Assembly (NCBI GenBank): GCA_028534125.1
Contig: CM052851.1
Coordinates: 1,178,001-1,242,000 of the forward strand
Reading direction: 5' to 3'
From: Lama glama
Taxonomy: Eukaryota
DNA: 64,000 bases
Below, one piece after another: positions 44,086 through 56,590 of this stretch. The position numbers and the translations under genes were made by a program. The notes below the pieces were generated by a model. The model had not been told where the DNA came from, made no database searches, and saw only the letters and a program-made list of their open reading frames with translations. Each line of letters begins with the position of its first letter. Positions within the stretch are counted from its first letter, which is position 1.

Positions 44086-44532
44086 TCGGAGGCAGGCTTC
44101 ACCGTGGAACGAGGGCGTCTCCCCTAATGCTCCCAGTGAAGGTCCCAGAGATGGGTCTTGTGGCCTAGCGCAGGTCCTCGCCCAGCCTATGTCAACCCCT
44201 GGGCCCCAGAAGCCCGATTCTCACACAGCAAGGGCACCCCACAATCCTGGGCACGGTGGACACAGCCAGCCCCCCCGGCAGAGATGGAGGAGGGGTCCTG
44301 GGCAGGCAGAGATGGCCGGCGCCCAGTGCGCCCCAAGACAGGGCTCAGAGCGTCCTTCCTGCAGACGCCTTCCTGTCTTCACGTCTCACAGTGTCCAGGT
44401 CTGTGAGCTTTGACACAGCACAGGGGTCACGGAGCCGTGGCGGGGGGCTGGGTTGTGCTCTCCATTGCCGCGTCCCCGAATCCCCTTCCCCAGGTGGATT
44501 GCGGCTGTTGACCACGCGAGGACACTGCTTGA

Positions 44533-44877
44533 TGTCATGGCTGAACTGTGTTCTCCAATGTCCCTGCACTAGAGTCCTGAGCCCCAGAACCTCAGAGTCA
44601 GGCTGTGTGTGGAGAAAAGACCTTTAAAGGGGTGATTAAGGTCAAATGAGGTCACTGGGGTGGGCCCTAATCCCGTAAGATCAGTGTCCTTACAAGAAGA
44701 GGAGATCAGGACACAGACACACGCAGAGGGACGACCATGTGAGGACGTGGGAGAAGACGGCCGACTCCAGCCGAGGAGAGAGGCCCGTGGGCGGAGCCGG
44801 CCCCGCCCACGGCTGGGCCTCGGACTCCCGCCTCCAGGGCGGGTGACGGTGACTGTCTGTTGTCCAAGCCACTCAGC
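44533..44877 (+). mobile_element. ERVL-MaLR solo LTR (MLT1B-like)
   Basis: TGTCATGGCTGAACTGTGT start, then GGTGGGCCCTAATCC and GTGTCCTTACAAGAAGAGGAGATCAGGACACAGACACAC. Confidence 0.85.
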
Positions 44878-45225
44878 TTTCCTGTGGCTGCCATGACAAG
44901 CCGTCATAAGCCGGGCAACTGAAATCAACAGTAAGTCATTCTCTTAAAGTCTGGAGACCGGAAGTCAGAAATCAAGGTTGCAGGGCTGGGGTCCCTCCTC
45001 AGGCTCCAGGGGTGGGTCCTTCCTACCTCTTCCGGCTCTGGGGGCTCCAGGCGTCCCTGAGCTGGCGGCCGCCTCCCTCCAGCCTCTGCTCTGTCCTCAC
45101 GTGGCTTCTCCCCTACATGTCTGTGTCTCCATGTTCAAGGCTCCCTCTTCGTACAAGGTCACATGTCACTGGGTTGATGGCCCACTCTGCTCCATCGTGG
45201 CCCCATCTTCACTTGACTGCAGGGA
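44878..45225 (-). mobile_element. ERVL-MaLR solo LTR (MLT1C/E-like), tail-to-tail with the previous LTR
   Basis: Contains TTTCCTGTGGCTGCCATGACAA and TCTGGAGACCGGAAGTCAGAAATCAAGGT, and is reverse-complement similar to 43890-43950. Confidence 0.75.
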
Positions 45226-46374
45226 ATTCCTTTGGTGTCAGTTGTTTGGACTCGGTGACACTTGCCACATGGGTCACTCCCGTGGAACCTGCTTTTCCGT
45301 GGCACTATGCACACAGAGCTCATTTCTAGTTCTTGATAGAACTGTGCTTAATTCTCAGCATTAGTCTGGGCTTCTAAGGGCTGTGCTGTAACGCGATACA
45401 TCCTGTCGTACTGTTCAAACCCGAGCGCGTACACTCTGTCTTCACGGAAGCATTGTCAGTTAGTCTGTCACCCCTGGCATGCAGCGTGATGTCCCAGCCA
45501 TGCTAATGACTTATACTTCAGAATTTTCCAAGGCAGTTCTTTGGATCCTATAAATGTGAATTTTGATGTAATAACTGCAAATGAAATTACACTGAAACAG
45601 TAAAAATAAGAAAGATCAAGTGTGGGCCCCGCTGGCCTGTGGGCTGTCTGTCGGGATGTCCTGCAGTTGCCACTCCCTGCCTGCATCCCCAGGTCCCTGG
45701 CCTCCCCCAGGCCCAATTTCTATTCCTTTCTTCAGGATGCTTCTCTCTCATTCTCAGCACTCACAGGTCTGAGACCATGGAGGGGCACCCCCCCTACCCC
45801 ACCACTCTGGAGCCTCCATCCCCCCCAGCTTTCCTCACGTGGTCCCCTGGCTGCCCCCTTTCTGACTCGCTCAGGAAGACGATTCTCAAACAGCTCAGCC
45901 CTGTCTCCAGGGCTCTCACTGCCCTGACCCACTCACCCTCGTGGGAACTGTCAAGACTCTCCCCAGACAAACATGGTCCACCACCCAGACGACCCCTCAA
46001 AGGCAGTCTGGGCTCCGGGCCTCCTGCCCCTCCCCCAAAGGCTGGTCTGGGGGTCCTCGTCTCCTTGACCCCTGTCCTCCACCCACGGGGACCTCGAGTC
46101 TCAGTGAGTGCCCCAAATGCTGCGGGCCAGACCGCGGAGGCTGGAGAGCTCTCCGCACGGCAGCTTCATGCAGGAGGGGTGTCCAGCTCTTACCTGCGTT
46201 GGAGATGGGAAGGGAGTGAGGGGGTGGCCCAACTCCATCTGTGGGAACGGGTACCAGGGCGCACAGCATGCGTGTGAGGGAGGCTGCAGGAAGAGGGGAG
46301 CGGCGTGAGTGCCGGGGGCAGGAGGGGCCTGGGCCGGGGTGGGGTCTTGAGCCCTGGCCGCAGGTCTGGGTCAT

Positions 46375-46422
46375 AGCAGACGTGTTTACTGAATAAATGA
46401 ATGAGCGAGTGAGTGTATGAAC
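46375..46422 (+). mobile_element. L2 3' tail remnant
   Basis: GTTTACTGAATAAATGAATGAGCGAGTGAGT is a degenerate (TGAA)n L2 tail. Confidence 0.55.
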
Positions 46423-48781
46423 AGGCTGATGCCAGGAGAAAGGAAAAGAACGTGGCCTCATCCTTTCAAGGTACAGAGGTGCCTTCCTGGCCCGGATTCC
46501 AAGAGGGGAATGAGGGCCTTCCTGCTCTCACCGGGGCGGTTGCTCCCAGCCCCTTCTAGAATCATCTGGAAGCGAATCCCTTCGAAAACAAATATTTCAG
46601 ACATCTCAACACAGGCCCTCAAGTGGGAGCCTCAGCAGATGGCCGGAGGCCTGGACACTCTCCCACAGCCCCAGATGCATGAGCGCACCACCGCCTCTCA
46701 GCAGCATCCACGGGGGACACAGGCCTCGGCCAGGAAAGTGTCAGAGCCGCCAGCCACCTGCCTGGGCCCCCGCCCCTGGGCCCCGTCCATTTTCCTTGGC
46801 AGCTCCGGCCATGGACAGGACATTCCTGAAGACTGAGGCTACACGTCGGGGGCTGGGGGCTGGAGAGGCCTTGCGGGTCCATGGTCACCACATGGCCGAG
46901 CATCACTTCTGTCTCTTCTGCCCCATCTTCCTGGTCCCTGAGGTTGACCCGGGAGATGGAGCGCTCTTCCGACATCCCCCGCACAACCAGGCCGGGCCTG
47001 CCCGCCCTGGTCTTCGCCTGCTGAGGGCCCTCTCTGCCCAGCGCCCACGACACACAGGGCCAGATTTGGGCAGGCCTCGGGCCCCATCACAGCGGCCCCC
47101 TGTGGTGGGGGCGGCCTTCTGCGATCCTTATCTTCTGCTCAGGGCCTGGAAGAGGCCTGCTCTGGGCACCTCAACGTCCCCATTTGAGTCTTTCTCCCAC
47201 CCAGATTGCAAGCTCCCTGAGGACAGACTGGTCGGCAGAGCCGGCCCATTGGGGAACTCAGGCCAGTGGGCTGAGCGCCGTCACGAGCCCTGGGAGGGGT
47301 CCACCCAGCCTACAGAAGACCAGGGAGCCGCATCCTGAGGCCGTGGGGACGGCAGAAGGGCTGGTCAGGGAGCGGAGGGACAAGAGCCTGGAGGTGGACG
47401 GGGTGCTGCCAACAGGCGTGGGAGGACCAGTCTTGGGAGGACGTCTTCCAGCACCATGCAGGGCGGGCGCCAACACGCGCAGGAGCCTGCCCAGGGCGTG
47501 TGAGTGGGAGGGATTGTGCCCCTCTGGGTCTGGCCCATCAGTCTCCGTAAGGACCCTCTGCTGGCTCTTCTTCCTCGACCCCCAGCTGGACGGAGAGGAC
47601 TGCCCGCATTCCCAGGAGTGCGGAGCCACAAGACAGCAGGAACCCGGGCCCTGCAGACGCCTGGAGCAGAGTGCCTGCCCTCCGTGGACAGGCCACCTCA
47701 CTGAGCGGAGACCCACGGCTCCCACTGGCTCGGGAGGACACCGTGGGGACGGGACAGGATCACAGGGTGGTGATGGGAGAGGCGGCGGGGTTGGGGGGGA
47801 CCAGGCTTGGAGGTCACCCGGCCTGTGGCTCTGATGGTCTAGGGTGCAGCCAGCCCACCCAGGACTTGGGCTTGGACCCTCCAACCCATGCCACCGAGAG
47901 TTGGGGCAGCCAGGAGTGGGGACGGGAGGAAGCTGTGAAGGTGAGGGTCTCGAGGAAGAGGGGCTGTTGGCGGGTGGAGACCCCCGCTCTGTCTGAAGGA
48001 GCACCAGGGCCTGTCCTTTCTCTCACCCCTCACACCACATTTTCCGGGAAGAAAGCACTCCCATCTGCGCAGTGGCCCCCGGAGGCGGGCGTCTCCATCT
48101 GGGCTGCGCTGATGACCTCTGCTGGAGGGGACTTCCGCGTTGACTCACTTCCCGGCCAAGCTCACGCGGGGACGTGCAGGGGAGGCAGAGGGACAGGGAT
48201 GCATGGGAGGGAGCTGGCCGCTGGGCAGGGGCTTGGCAGCCTACGCTGGGCCTGTCCCCACCTGCGGGGGCGGGATGCTGGCGTGACTGTGAGTCGAGGG
48301 CCTGCATTCCCCGTGGCCGGGGATCTGGGGGCGGGGGCCGTCTCTGCAGCGCGGCCCCTCCGGACTCCTCCCCAGGGTCCTCTCGCACAACTGCTCTGGT
48401 ACGCCGGTTCCCACACTGTGCTTCCAGCCGCTGGGCCCCAGCTCCATCCATCACTCGGCTGAGGAAATGTTCACTGCTGTCATCCACCCGGACCTGGGGC
48501 CTCTCTGCATCCCTGGACCTCACTCGGGGCAACGGCCCAACTCGAGCCTCCCCCACTGCTCTCCTCTCCTTGGGCTGCGCACCTGGGCTGGGGCTCCGTC
48601 CTGGCCAGCGGGACCCATGACCTGGCTCAGGGCCCGACCCCTTCCCTGGCCCTGCTCTGGATCTCCCACCCTGCTCTGCTCCAGGCACGTCCAGGCTCCC
48701 CTCTTCCCAAGGATGTGCAAACGTGATGCTCTCTCCTCTTCCCGTGTTCCTGCCGCAGCCTCTCCCGCCTTTTCTGGTGGC

Positions 48782-49110
48782 TGTCAGGGGCCGAACTGTG
48801 TTCCCCAAATTCCTAAGTTGGAGTCCTGACCCCCAGTATCTCAGAGAACTTGGAGGTGGGGGTCTTTACAAAGGTGAATAAGGTAAAATGAAGCCACTGG
48901 TGTGGGCCCTAATCCCAGGGGACGGGTGTCCTTACAAGACGAGATCAGAACGCAGACACACACAGAGGGACGACCACGTGAGGGCCCGGGGAGAAGGCGC
49001 CGTGTCCACGGCGAGGAGAGAGGCCCCGAGGAGCCGGCCCCGCCCACGCCTGGGCCTCGGCTCCCGCCCCCAGGACAGGACGGTCTGCGTCCGCTGGTTA
49101 AGCTCCCCTG
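48782..49110 (+). mobile_element. ERVL-MaLR solo LTR (MLT1B-like)
   Basis: Contains GAACTGTGTTCCCCAAATTC, GTGGGCCCTAATCC, GTGTCCTTACAAGA and CAGACACACACAGAGGGACGACCA. Confidence 0.85.
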
Positions 49111-52100
49111 CAGGGCTTTGTCAGGGCAGCCTGAGCCGACAGCGACAGTGACATTTCTGCCCTGCTGCAGTCTCCCCACCACCTTCTGGCCGGTCTGCTT
49201 GATTTTCTGGGCACATCGCTCCCCCTTCCCAGCAGTTGGAAAGGCCCCCTCTGCAGGACTCACCTCTCACGGGCAGACCTGTCCTCGGGGGTTTTGGGGA
49301 GACCAAGAACAACCTTCGGTCTCTCAGGGCACCTCCATGCTCTGATGCCCGGGCGGCCCCCTGACCACCCACCACCCAGGCGCAGCACCCACAGGCCTGC
49401 CCTCTGAGCCCTCCCTGTTCTGAGGTGCAGGACGCCTTGGGGTCCCTTGCCTGGGCACCCTGCTGTGGCCTTTCTGGGTCTGGACAGGGGCAGCTTTGGA
49501 AGCTGAGGCCCTTCCAGAGTCAGGCCCTTTGCCATCCAGACAAGGACCCCAAGGCCCATGGCAGGTGGGGGAGCACAGCCAGGTCCCCCATGCCAGCAGG
49601 TGGCAGGTGAGCTGCCCCCCTGACCTCACTGAGGGGCAGGGCCTGGCCACCTGGGGCTCAGGATTCTGTCTCGTCACCTGTGCTGGAGGGACAGCCCCTC
49701 CTGGGAACTGACAGCGGATGTGAGGGCAGCAGGGAATGGCTGAGCACAGCCTCCCATGTTGGGTGGAGCTGGTGGGGGGCTGCCCTGCAGTGGCCGTGAG
49801 GGGCCCGCCAGCCTGGGCCCAGGTCTCCCTCTGACGTGGGGCCTAACCTTGGTGACTCCCAGACCCTCAGCCACCACCCGCCACCACCCGCCACCACCAG
49901 CTGCTGTGTTTCTGGTCGAGTCTGCCTGCCCTGTGCCCCCACTGACACCCTGGCCTGCCTCAGTCCGCCAGGCCCGAGCCTTGGTTTCACATGGGAGATG
50001 ATGGGGATGGTCAATCCGCCGCCACTGCAGAAAACCACCTCCTGCCTCGCAGAGAAGCCCAGGGGGGTGGGTCCCGTCCCGAGCCCGGGCCTGGCGGGGC
50101 TGCTGCCTGACTCCGTGCTCCCGGACCCTCCCGAGGGTGTGCTTTGGGGCTTCCAGGGCTGCCTCGGGGCCAGAACCCTGGCCAGCGGCCCCGGCCCCTC
50201 ACGGCTGACCATGGAGACTTGAGGGGCTGCGGTGGGCGACCTGAGGCCACCCTGTTCTCTCTCGCAGGAGCTGCCACCTCCTGGGCTGTAAATGGTGGAG
50301 AAACACTTGCCCCGGTGAGATCCTCTTGGCATGTGGGTTTCACGGTTGTGGGCCCCCTGGGAGCGTGCAGAGTGGGTCACTGTGGGGCCCAAAGGGGCAC
50401 TGACTGGCAGGGTCCTGCTGGCCAAGGAGCCTGGTGTCTCCAGGCAGAGGGCAGGCTGGGCTCTGGGCCCCTGGAGGCCCTCCCGTCCACTCCCACCACT
50501 CTCACCCCCTCCCTGTTGGCCCTCTCCCTTCTCCCTGTACCTGAGGGGTCCCACCTGGGGGTCCCACTCAGCCCAGACTCGGGGGCTGGACCGGGCTGAG
50601 CAGGTGAAGCTCCCCACTGCTTGCTCATGGCTGCTCCCTTCGCGGCTGTCCACACTCCCCCAGTTCACTCCACGCCTGCCCCACTGTGACCGAGGGCGCG
50701 CCCCTCCCAAAGGAGACTCGGGGTGCTGGGGGCCCTGCAGGGGCGGGGGTCTACTTCTACCATGTGTCTTCAAAGCACCCAAAGGCCCCACACACTGCCC
50801 AGCACCCCCCAAAAGGGACAGGGTGGAGGTTAACTCCCAGAGCCCACAGAATCCCTGAGCGGTGGTCTCCCGGCCTGGCCCCTCCCCCAGGGATGCCCCC
50901 AAGAATCTGGGCTGCTCCACCCATTCCCGCCAGATGGCCTTCGGGGGTCTTCACAGCCCACTCCCCCCTGTCCCATGCACAGCGCAGGTGCGCGGGGCGG
51001 CGGTGTGTGAGCTCCCAGCAGCCAGGGCGTCGGCTGGCGCCGCCCCCCGACCTCGTGCTCTGAGCACCCACACCAGATGCATGTTCCCAGCTCAGAGCTG
51101 CGGGCGGGACCAGAGGGACGGCCTTCAGGGGAGGCGTGGGCTCGGGGCCTCCAGTGGCCCTGCCCGTTCTGCCCTGGGGATTCCGGCCTGGGCTGCAGGC
51201 AGTTCAGCCAAAGACTCGCCGGAATGTGTGAAGCCCAGCCCTGCCTGGGAAGGTTCCTAGGGTGCACAGAGCCCCTGGCCACCACAGAGGAGCCAGGCTC
51301 CCCCTCTGCAGAGCTCCTGCTGGGGGTCTTCAGGCTCTGGCCTGGTCAGGCCCTGAAGGAGCTCTCTACACTGAAGGCCAGTGGGCAGCAGCTGGGCTGT
51401 GTTCTGTGCAGGTGTCCGTCTGGGTGCCCACGCGGCCTGGGGCCTAGGGGTGCCAGGCCGGGCTCAGGCAGGGACCCCATCCTCACGGGGCATCTGGTGT
51501 GCAGGGCTGGGGAGGAGGCTGCTGCCCCTCCCGCGGGTGTTCTCCAGCTGGGCAGGGTTTAGAGCTGCTCGTGGAGTGAGGACATACAGGGAGTGACTCC
51601 CCCTTAGAGGAGACCCCTGCCCATCTATGTGGTCCTTGTACCAAGAAGAGAGATCCTTAGACCCGAGGCCCCCGACCATCCTGGCGACGCCTAGGTGGCT
51701 GGGACCACTCAGAGGTCCCCCCTCCAGCTCCCTCTGGATCCCACTTTTGGGCCCAGTGCCAGGCAGCTCCATTCCGTCCCAAAGACCCCCAGCTGCCCAT
51801 CCAGCTCAGTCCCTGTCCCCCGGCCTACCCCTGCTCTCTGGCCCCCAGCCCCGTCTCCATGTGCCCTCTGGAGTGTGGTGGCCCCTCCCCCGCAAGGTCT
51901 GTCAGGCCCAGGGCCAGGTGGGCAGCCTTGGCTCCTGTCCCTGCTCCTCTGACCACCCCGCCTGGCCTGGTAGTCCTGGTGGGTTTCCTCCACCGTGGGC
52001 TTCAGGCTGCTCGTTGGGCCGACACCAGCTTAAACGTGCCGCTCATCCCCTCCTCTCCCTCCTCCTCCTTCCTGCCCGGCCAGGCCTGAGGCTCAGGGGT

Positions 52101-54789
52101 AGGCGCTGGGGTGAGGACTGGGCTGGGGCCTCGGGGCCCAGTCCAAAAAAGACCTTTAAAGGTTGAGACGGGAAATAACAAGACAGCCTTTCCCAGTCTC
52201 CCTCCCTCTCTGTGTCTCTGTGCCCCTCTCCCTCCCCTCGCATCATAAAACAAGGAATTTATTTTTCACTGCGCCTGGGGTTGCAGACGGCTGTGGCTGT
52301 CCTGCTGTGTCGGGCTGGGTTTATTTGGGGTGGGGGCGGGCAGGGGGTGCTTTCTGTTTTCTTTTGCTTTTGCAAGGAAAGGGCGGGCAGGGGCTGGTGG
52401 ACCCGCAGGGCGCCCCTCCCTCCCCCACTCCGAGGGGGGCTTTCCTTCCCCCTTCACTTCCCTTTTCCCTTTTGGGGGCTGAGGTTAAACAGAGGGCGCC
52501 CAGGGCCCGTGACCTTTACCCTCTGACATCTTTGAGCTCAGGAGGGCTTTGATGTCTTAACTGCCTGCCTCACACCAGTCACTCTCTCCCCCCCACCAGG
52601 AGCAGGACCCTCTGCAGTTGCCCTTTCTGGGCCCCCCAGGTCCCAGGAAATTGGCCTCACAAATAAAGCCAGCGAGGGACTACCTCGTCCAGGTGGCCTG
52701 GAGCTCGGCCACCTCCCCTCCTTCCTCGCTGTCCCCAGAGCCCCCGCCTACCGTCCCTCCTGCCCACACATGGCCTCACGTGCCCCCCTGTTATCCCACC
52801 TGTCCAGCCTTCCTCTGCCCATGGGCTGCCACCTCCTGGGACCTTCTCAAGGAGGCACACAGCCCCAGTGGCCTCTGGTCCCCAGCCCCAGAGCCAGCTT
52901 GGTGGGCACCCTGTTCTGCCCCGTTTCCCTCCAGTGGCAGGAACCCACAGCGGTACTCAGAGGTCAAGCAGGCCGGGGCCCAAGTCGCTGATGTGACCAG
53001 GTGGAACACTCAGTGGGAGAGAGGCTGAGGCCCAAGAGGGGACACCCCGGCCTTCTCACCTGTGGCTCCAGGGAGCAGAGCTGGCCACCAGGCTGGGCTA
53101 AGGCCTGCCTCTGCATCCTGCGTGCCTTCCTGGGCTGGCCGTGCGGGATGCCAGGTGGGCACTGGGCACGACATCGGGCTGCCCTCTGCCCTCCGCTGCC
53201 CCTCTCCAAAGCCAGAGCTCCCCCTGGCCCCAGTTACCCCTCAGCCTGGCCACCACGAGGCCCCTGAGGTCCAGAGGTCCCTCCTCCACTTCCCCAGGGA
53301 ATGCTTGGAGCCCTCAAGGATGCTGTGGGGTAGCCTTTCTGGGTTCCCCCATCACTGCCCACAGCAAGGGCCACCAAGCCCCTCGGGAGCCCGGCCCTGC
53401 TCCCCAGCACCAGCACAACTGCCTGATCTGGGCTCATTTTCCAAGGGTTTCCTCTGCACCCCGCCGAACGGGCCTTGTGTGCTGGGCTGGCACCTCGGCT
53501 GGCCTCCCTCCATGCCTGTCACCAAGCGGTGGGCTCCAGGGGTCTAGGGAGAGTGTGAGGGGTGGAGGCCCTCTGGCCCCTAGAAATGACCTGCATCTGT
53601 GGTCTTGAGACCAGGGTGCAGGTGGGACCCCTCGTTTCCTTGGGGAGGGCAGGGAACCTGGCTGCAAGTGGGTTTCAGCCCAGACAGAGAGAGAAAAAAG
53701 GAGATAGAAAGGGTAAGCTGATGGGGTGGGGAGAGGGCAGAAGCCCCCGGGGGAAGGGGGCCACTGCCGGGAGTGGAGGCCAGAAAGGGCCCGACAGCAT
53801 CCTGCAGAGTAAGACCCAAGGCAGAGAGCGTGGCACTGACAGGGACACACGCGGCCTCTTCCGATGGAGCCACGTGCCCACATCTGTCCCCAGACCAGCC
53901 CCCTGAACATGCAGCCAGGACCCCCCCCCCGGCCGGCCTCCCCACCTCAGCCCTGCCGGGGGCCTTGGCATATCCGTGTGCGGACCAGAGGTGGGTGCCC
54001 ACGGGGCCAGCTGCCCACATTGCCTGGCGTGGGTGCCCCCTTGCTGCGCCGACCTGAAGCCCTTCACCTCCGTCCTCAGACATGGAGAGAGGGCCGCCCA
54101 GCCCGCCCCAAGCTCGGAGCCCATGGAACACACCAGCAGGGACAGTTCCCTGGGACTGGGGTTCAAGGCTGAAGGCCCGTCTCCCACCGCCTCGGGTGTC
54201 CGCCTTGGCCTGAGACTCGGGCCCCTGGCCTGCCCAACCTGACCCACGCCCGGAAGCAGGGCCGCGTCCCCTGCGTCCCCTGCCTCCACGCGGACGGTGG
54301 CCTCGGGTGGGCTCTGGATCGTGCGTCTTGTCACAAATCCTGTGACCACATTGGTGAATGGAACGAGCTGAGTGGGGCTGGGACTGGGGCCAGCAGGGCC
54401 CCCGGAAGTGAGGGGTGAAGCCCGGACGTGGCCCCAGTCCTCTCAGGCTCTACCCACCTGTCCCCACATGCCACCGCCCCAGGCCCTCCCCTGCCCTTCT
54501 CTTGTGCCCTCCGCGGCCTCACCTCTGCCCCGGTGTCTCCTGGCCCTCTTTGGCCCCTTCTGGCCAGGGTACCTCTGGGGGTGTCTTCCAGGCCGCCCTG
54601 CATGCCCTCCACAACCTAGCATGTACGAGGCACTGGGGTGGGGGCTGGGTGGAAGCCTCCTGGCGGCGCCAGGTGGCCGCAGGGCCTGGTGCATGGGCAG
54701 AGGCTGGGGGCAGGGCCCATTGGGCCCGAGGACGCCAGCGTGGCCCCCTCGCCCTCACCCCCCGCAGTCCAGCCTCTGCCAGGTTTCTG

Positions 54790-54895
54790 AGGGCCATTGT
54801 TATTAATATTATTATTACAGCCGCTGCAAAAACACTGCGCTAAGCCCCGCAAGTGATTTATATAGCGTGTGGCCTTATTGATTAGGCCAACTTTC
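54790..54895. promoter_or_regulatory. AT-rich conserved-looking element, candidate HUC-type upstream enhancer
   Basis: SOX CATTGTT, homeobox TAAT runs, PBX-HOX TGATTTAT and ONECUT TATTGAT motifs in otherwise very GC-rich DNA. Confidence 0.45.
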
Positions 54896-56439
54896 CACGG
54901 TGCTGGGGGAGGCGGCGCCCTGGCTCCGGGCATCTCTGAACCATGGGGGCCGCCCACCGGGTGCCTCTGGGTAGACTCCGAAGTCGCGGCCCCTCCCACC
55001 CTGCCAGAGGCTCCCTCGCTGGGGAAGAAGCAGCCCCTGGCCCTGAGAGGGCCCTGTCTGAGGGGGAGGCAGCCCCTGTGCCAGCGAGACCCTCATCTGA
55101 GGGTGGAGAGGCCGCTCTGCCTCGAGGCACGGCCGACGTGCGCTGTGCCTGCGGCCTGTGTCGGGGGGCCTGTGGAGATCCCCTCCCCCACCGAGGGCAG
55201 CCTGGGAGCCCTGCAGGTATCTGTGCTCACCACCCCCACGTGTGGGGGCTCAGCCCAGACCCCTGGCCCCCGGGCTCCTCCACACCAGCCCTTCCTCACC
55301 CACCTGATCAGAGCTCACCCACCCAGGGGAGCAGGCATTTCCTTCCCCCTCCAAGGGGAGGCCAGACCACTGCTTCAGGGCTCTGTGTCGCCCAAGGTCA
55401 TGGGCCCTCGAAGCCTGCTGGCCTGGCCTCCGGCCCCGGGGTCCCCACGACACCTGCCACCGGGGCATCGAGTCCTCAGCTGGCCGCCAAGATGAAGCCC
55501 TCACTCCCGCCCCCTTGCCCCCGCCCCAGGAGGCTGCGCGGAGTCCCCCGGCCTCCTGTCCCCTAGGGCCACCCAGAGGCTCCCCAGCCCCTCGGTGTCC
55601 AGAGCCTGGAGAACCCGGGGTGCTGGGCCTTTGAGAAGCTGGGGCTCAGTGTTGGGATCTGCTGGGGAGAGTGGTGGCGGGGGGCCGGCTGCCGGGCCTG
55701 GACAGCCTCGGCTGCAGGGGAGGCCTGCGGGCGTCTGTGTTCTGGGCTGGCCTCCTGGGCCAGGTGGGTCTGAAGGGTGTGCGGGGCAGTTCGTCCCGCC
55801 TCCAGCCCCAGGCGGCAGGTCCCCAGCGCCCCTTGCTGAAGCGCCAGAGTGCAGGAGAAGGAGGCAGCGCTCCTCCTAAGATGAGGATGGAAGGCCAGGG
55901 TACCTCCCCACCCCGGGCGGGGCTCCCAGGGTCTGACTCCAGCTCTGATGTCTGAGTCCACATTGCGGCAGGGCCGGGAGAAGGGCTCGGGGGTCAGGCC
56001 GCTGGCCCCTGCTGCGGTCTGCGGTACAAGTTAGGGCAAAAGAGACCCAAAGGGAGAGGGCCCCTCTTCAGATGTGGGTCCTGGGGAGCTCTCCTGAGGG
56101 CTGGGGGCTTGGGGGGCTAGGGATTTCCAGCAGGGAGAGATGCAGGAGTGACACAGTGGCCTGGGGCCCGTGTGGTACGGACCCCCAAGTGCTTGGAAGG
56201 AGGTACAGAATAGGGGGTCCCCTCGGGGGTAAAGCCCAGGCCGAAGGGTCTCAGCTCGGCGGCAGACACCTCACAAGCTCTCTGAGGGCCCTTGTCCCCC
56301 TCCACCCAGGTCGAGTCGAGGGGGCCGAGGTGGGGGCCCTGCGGCTCCACATCCCAGTCCCCCGTCCCCCGGGAACAGGGCCCGAGGTGAACATGCAGGA
56401 CACGAGTCCGGGATTCCCGCGGGCGCCTGTCCGTGCTGG

Positions 56440-56590
56440 TGGAGGAGGTAATTGCAGCTCCAGTTCCAACGCGGCTGGAACCCTCTCCACTGCCCTTTTT
56501 ATGACTAATAAAAGGGATTGTAAACTCTGTATGTGTACAAAGTGCACCCTATAAATAGCTCCTGGTAATAATGACATTTGCAGCAGCGAC
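56440..56590. promoter_or_regulatory. AT-rich conserved-looking element with a perfect MEF2 site, candidate HUC-type mesodermal enhancer
   Basis: CTATAAATAG (56549-56558), CDX/HOX13-type TTTTATGA and TAATAAAA, and FOX-like TGTAAAC. Confidence 0.5.
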
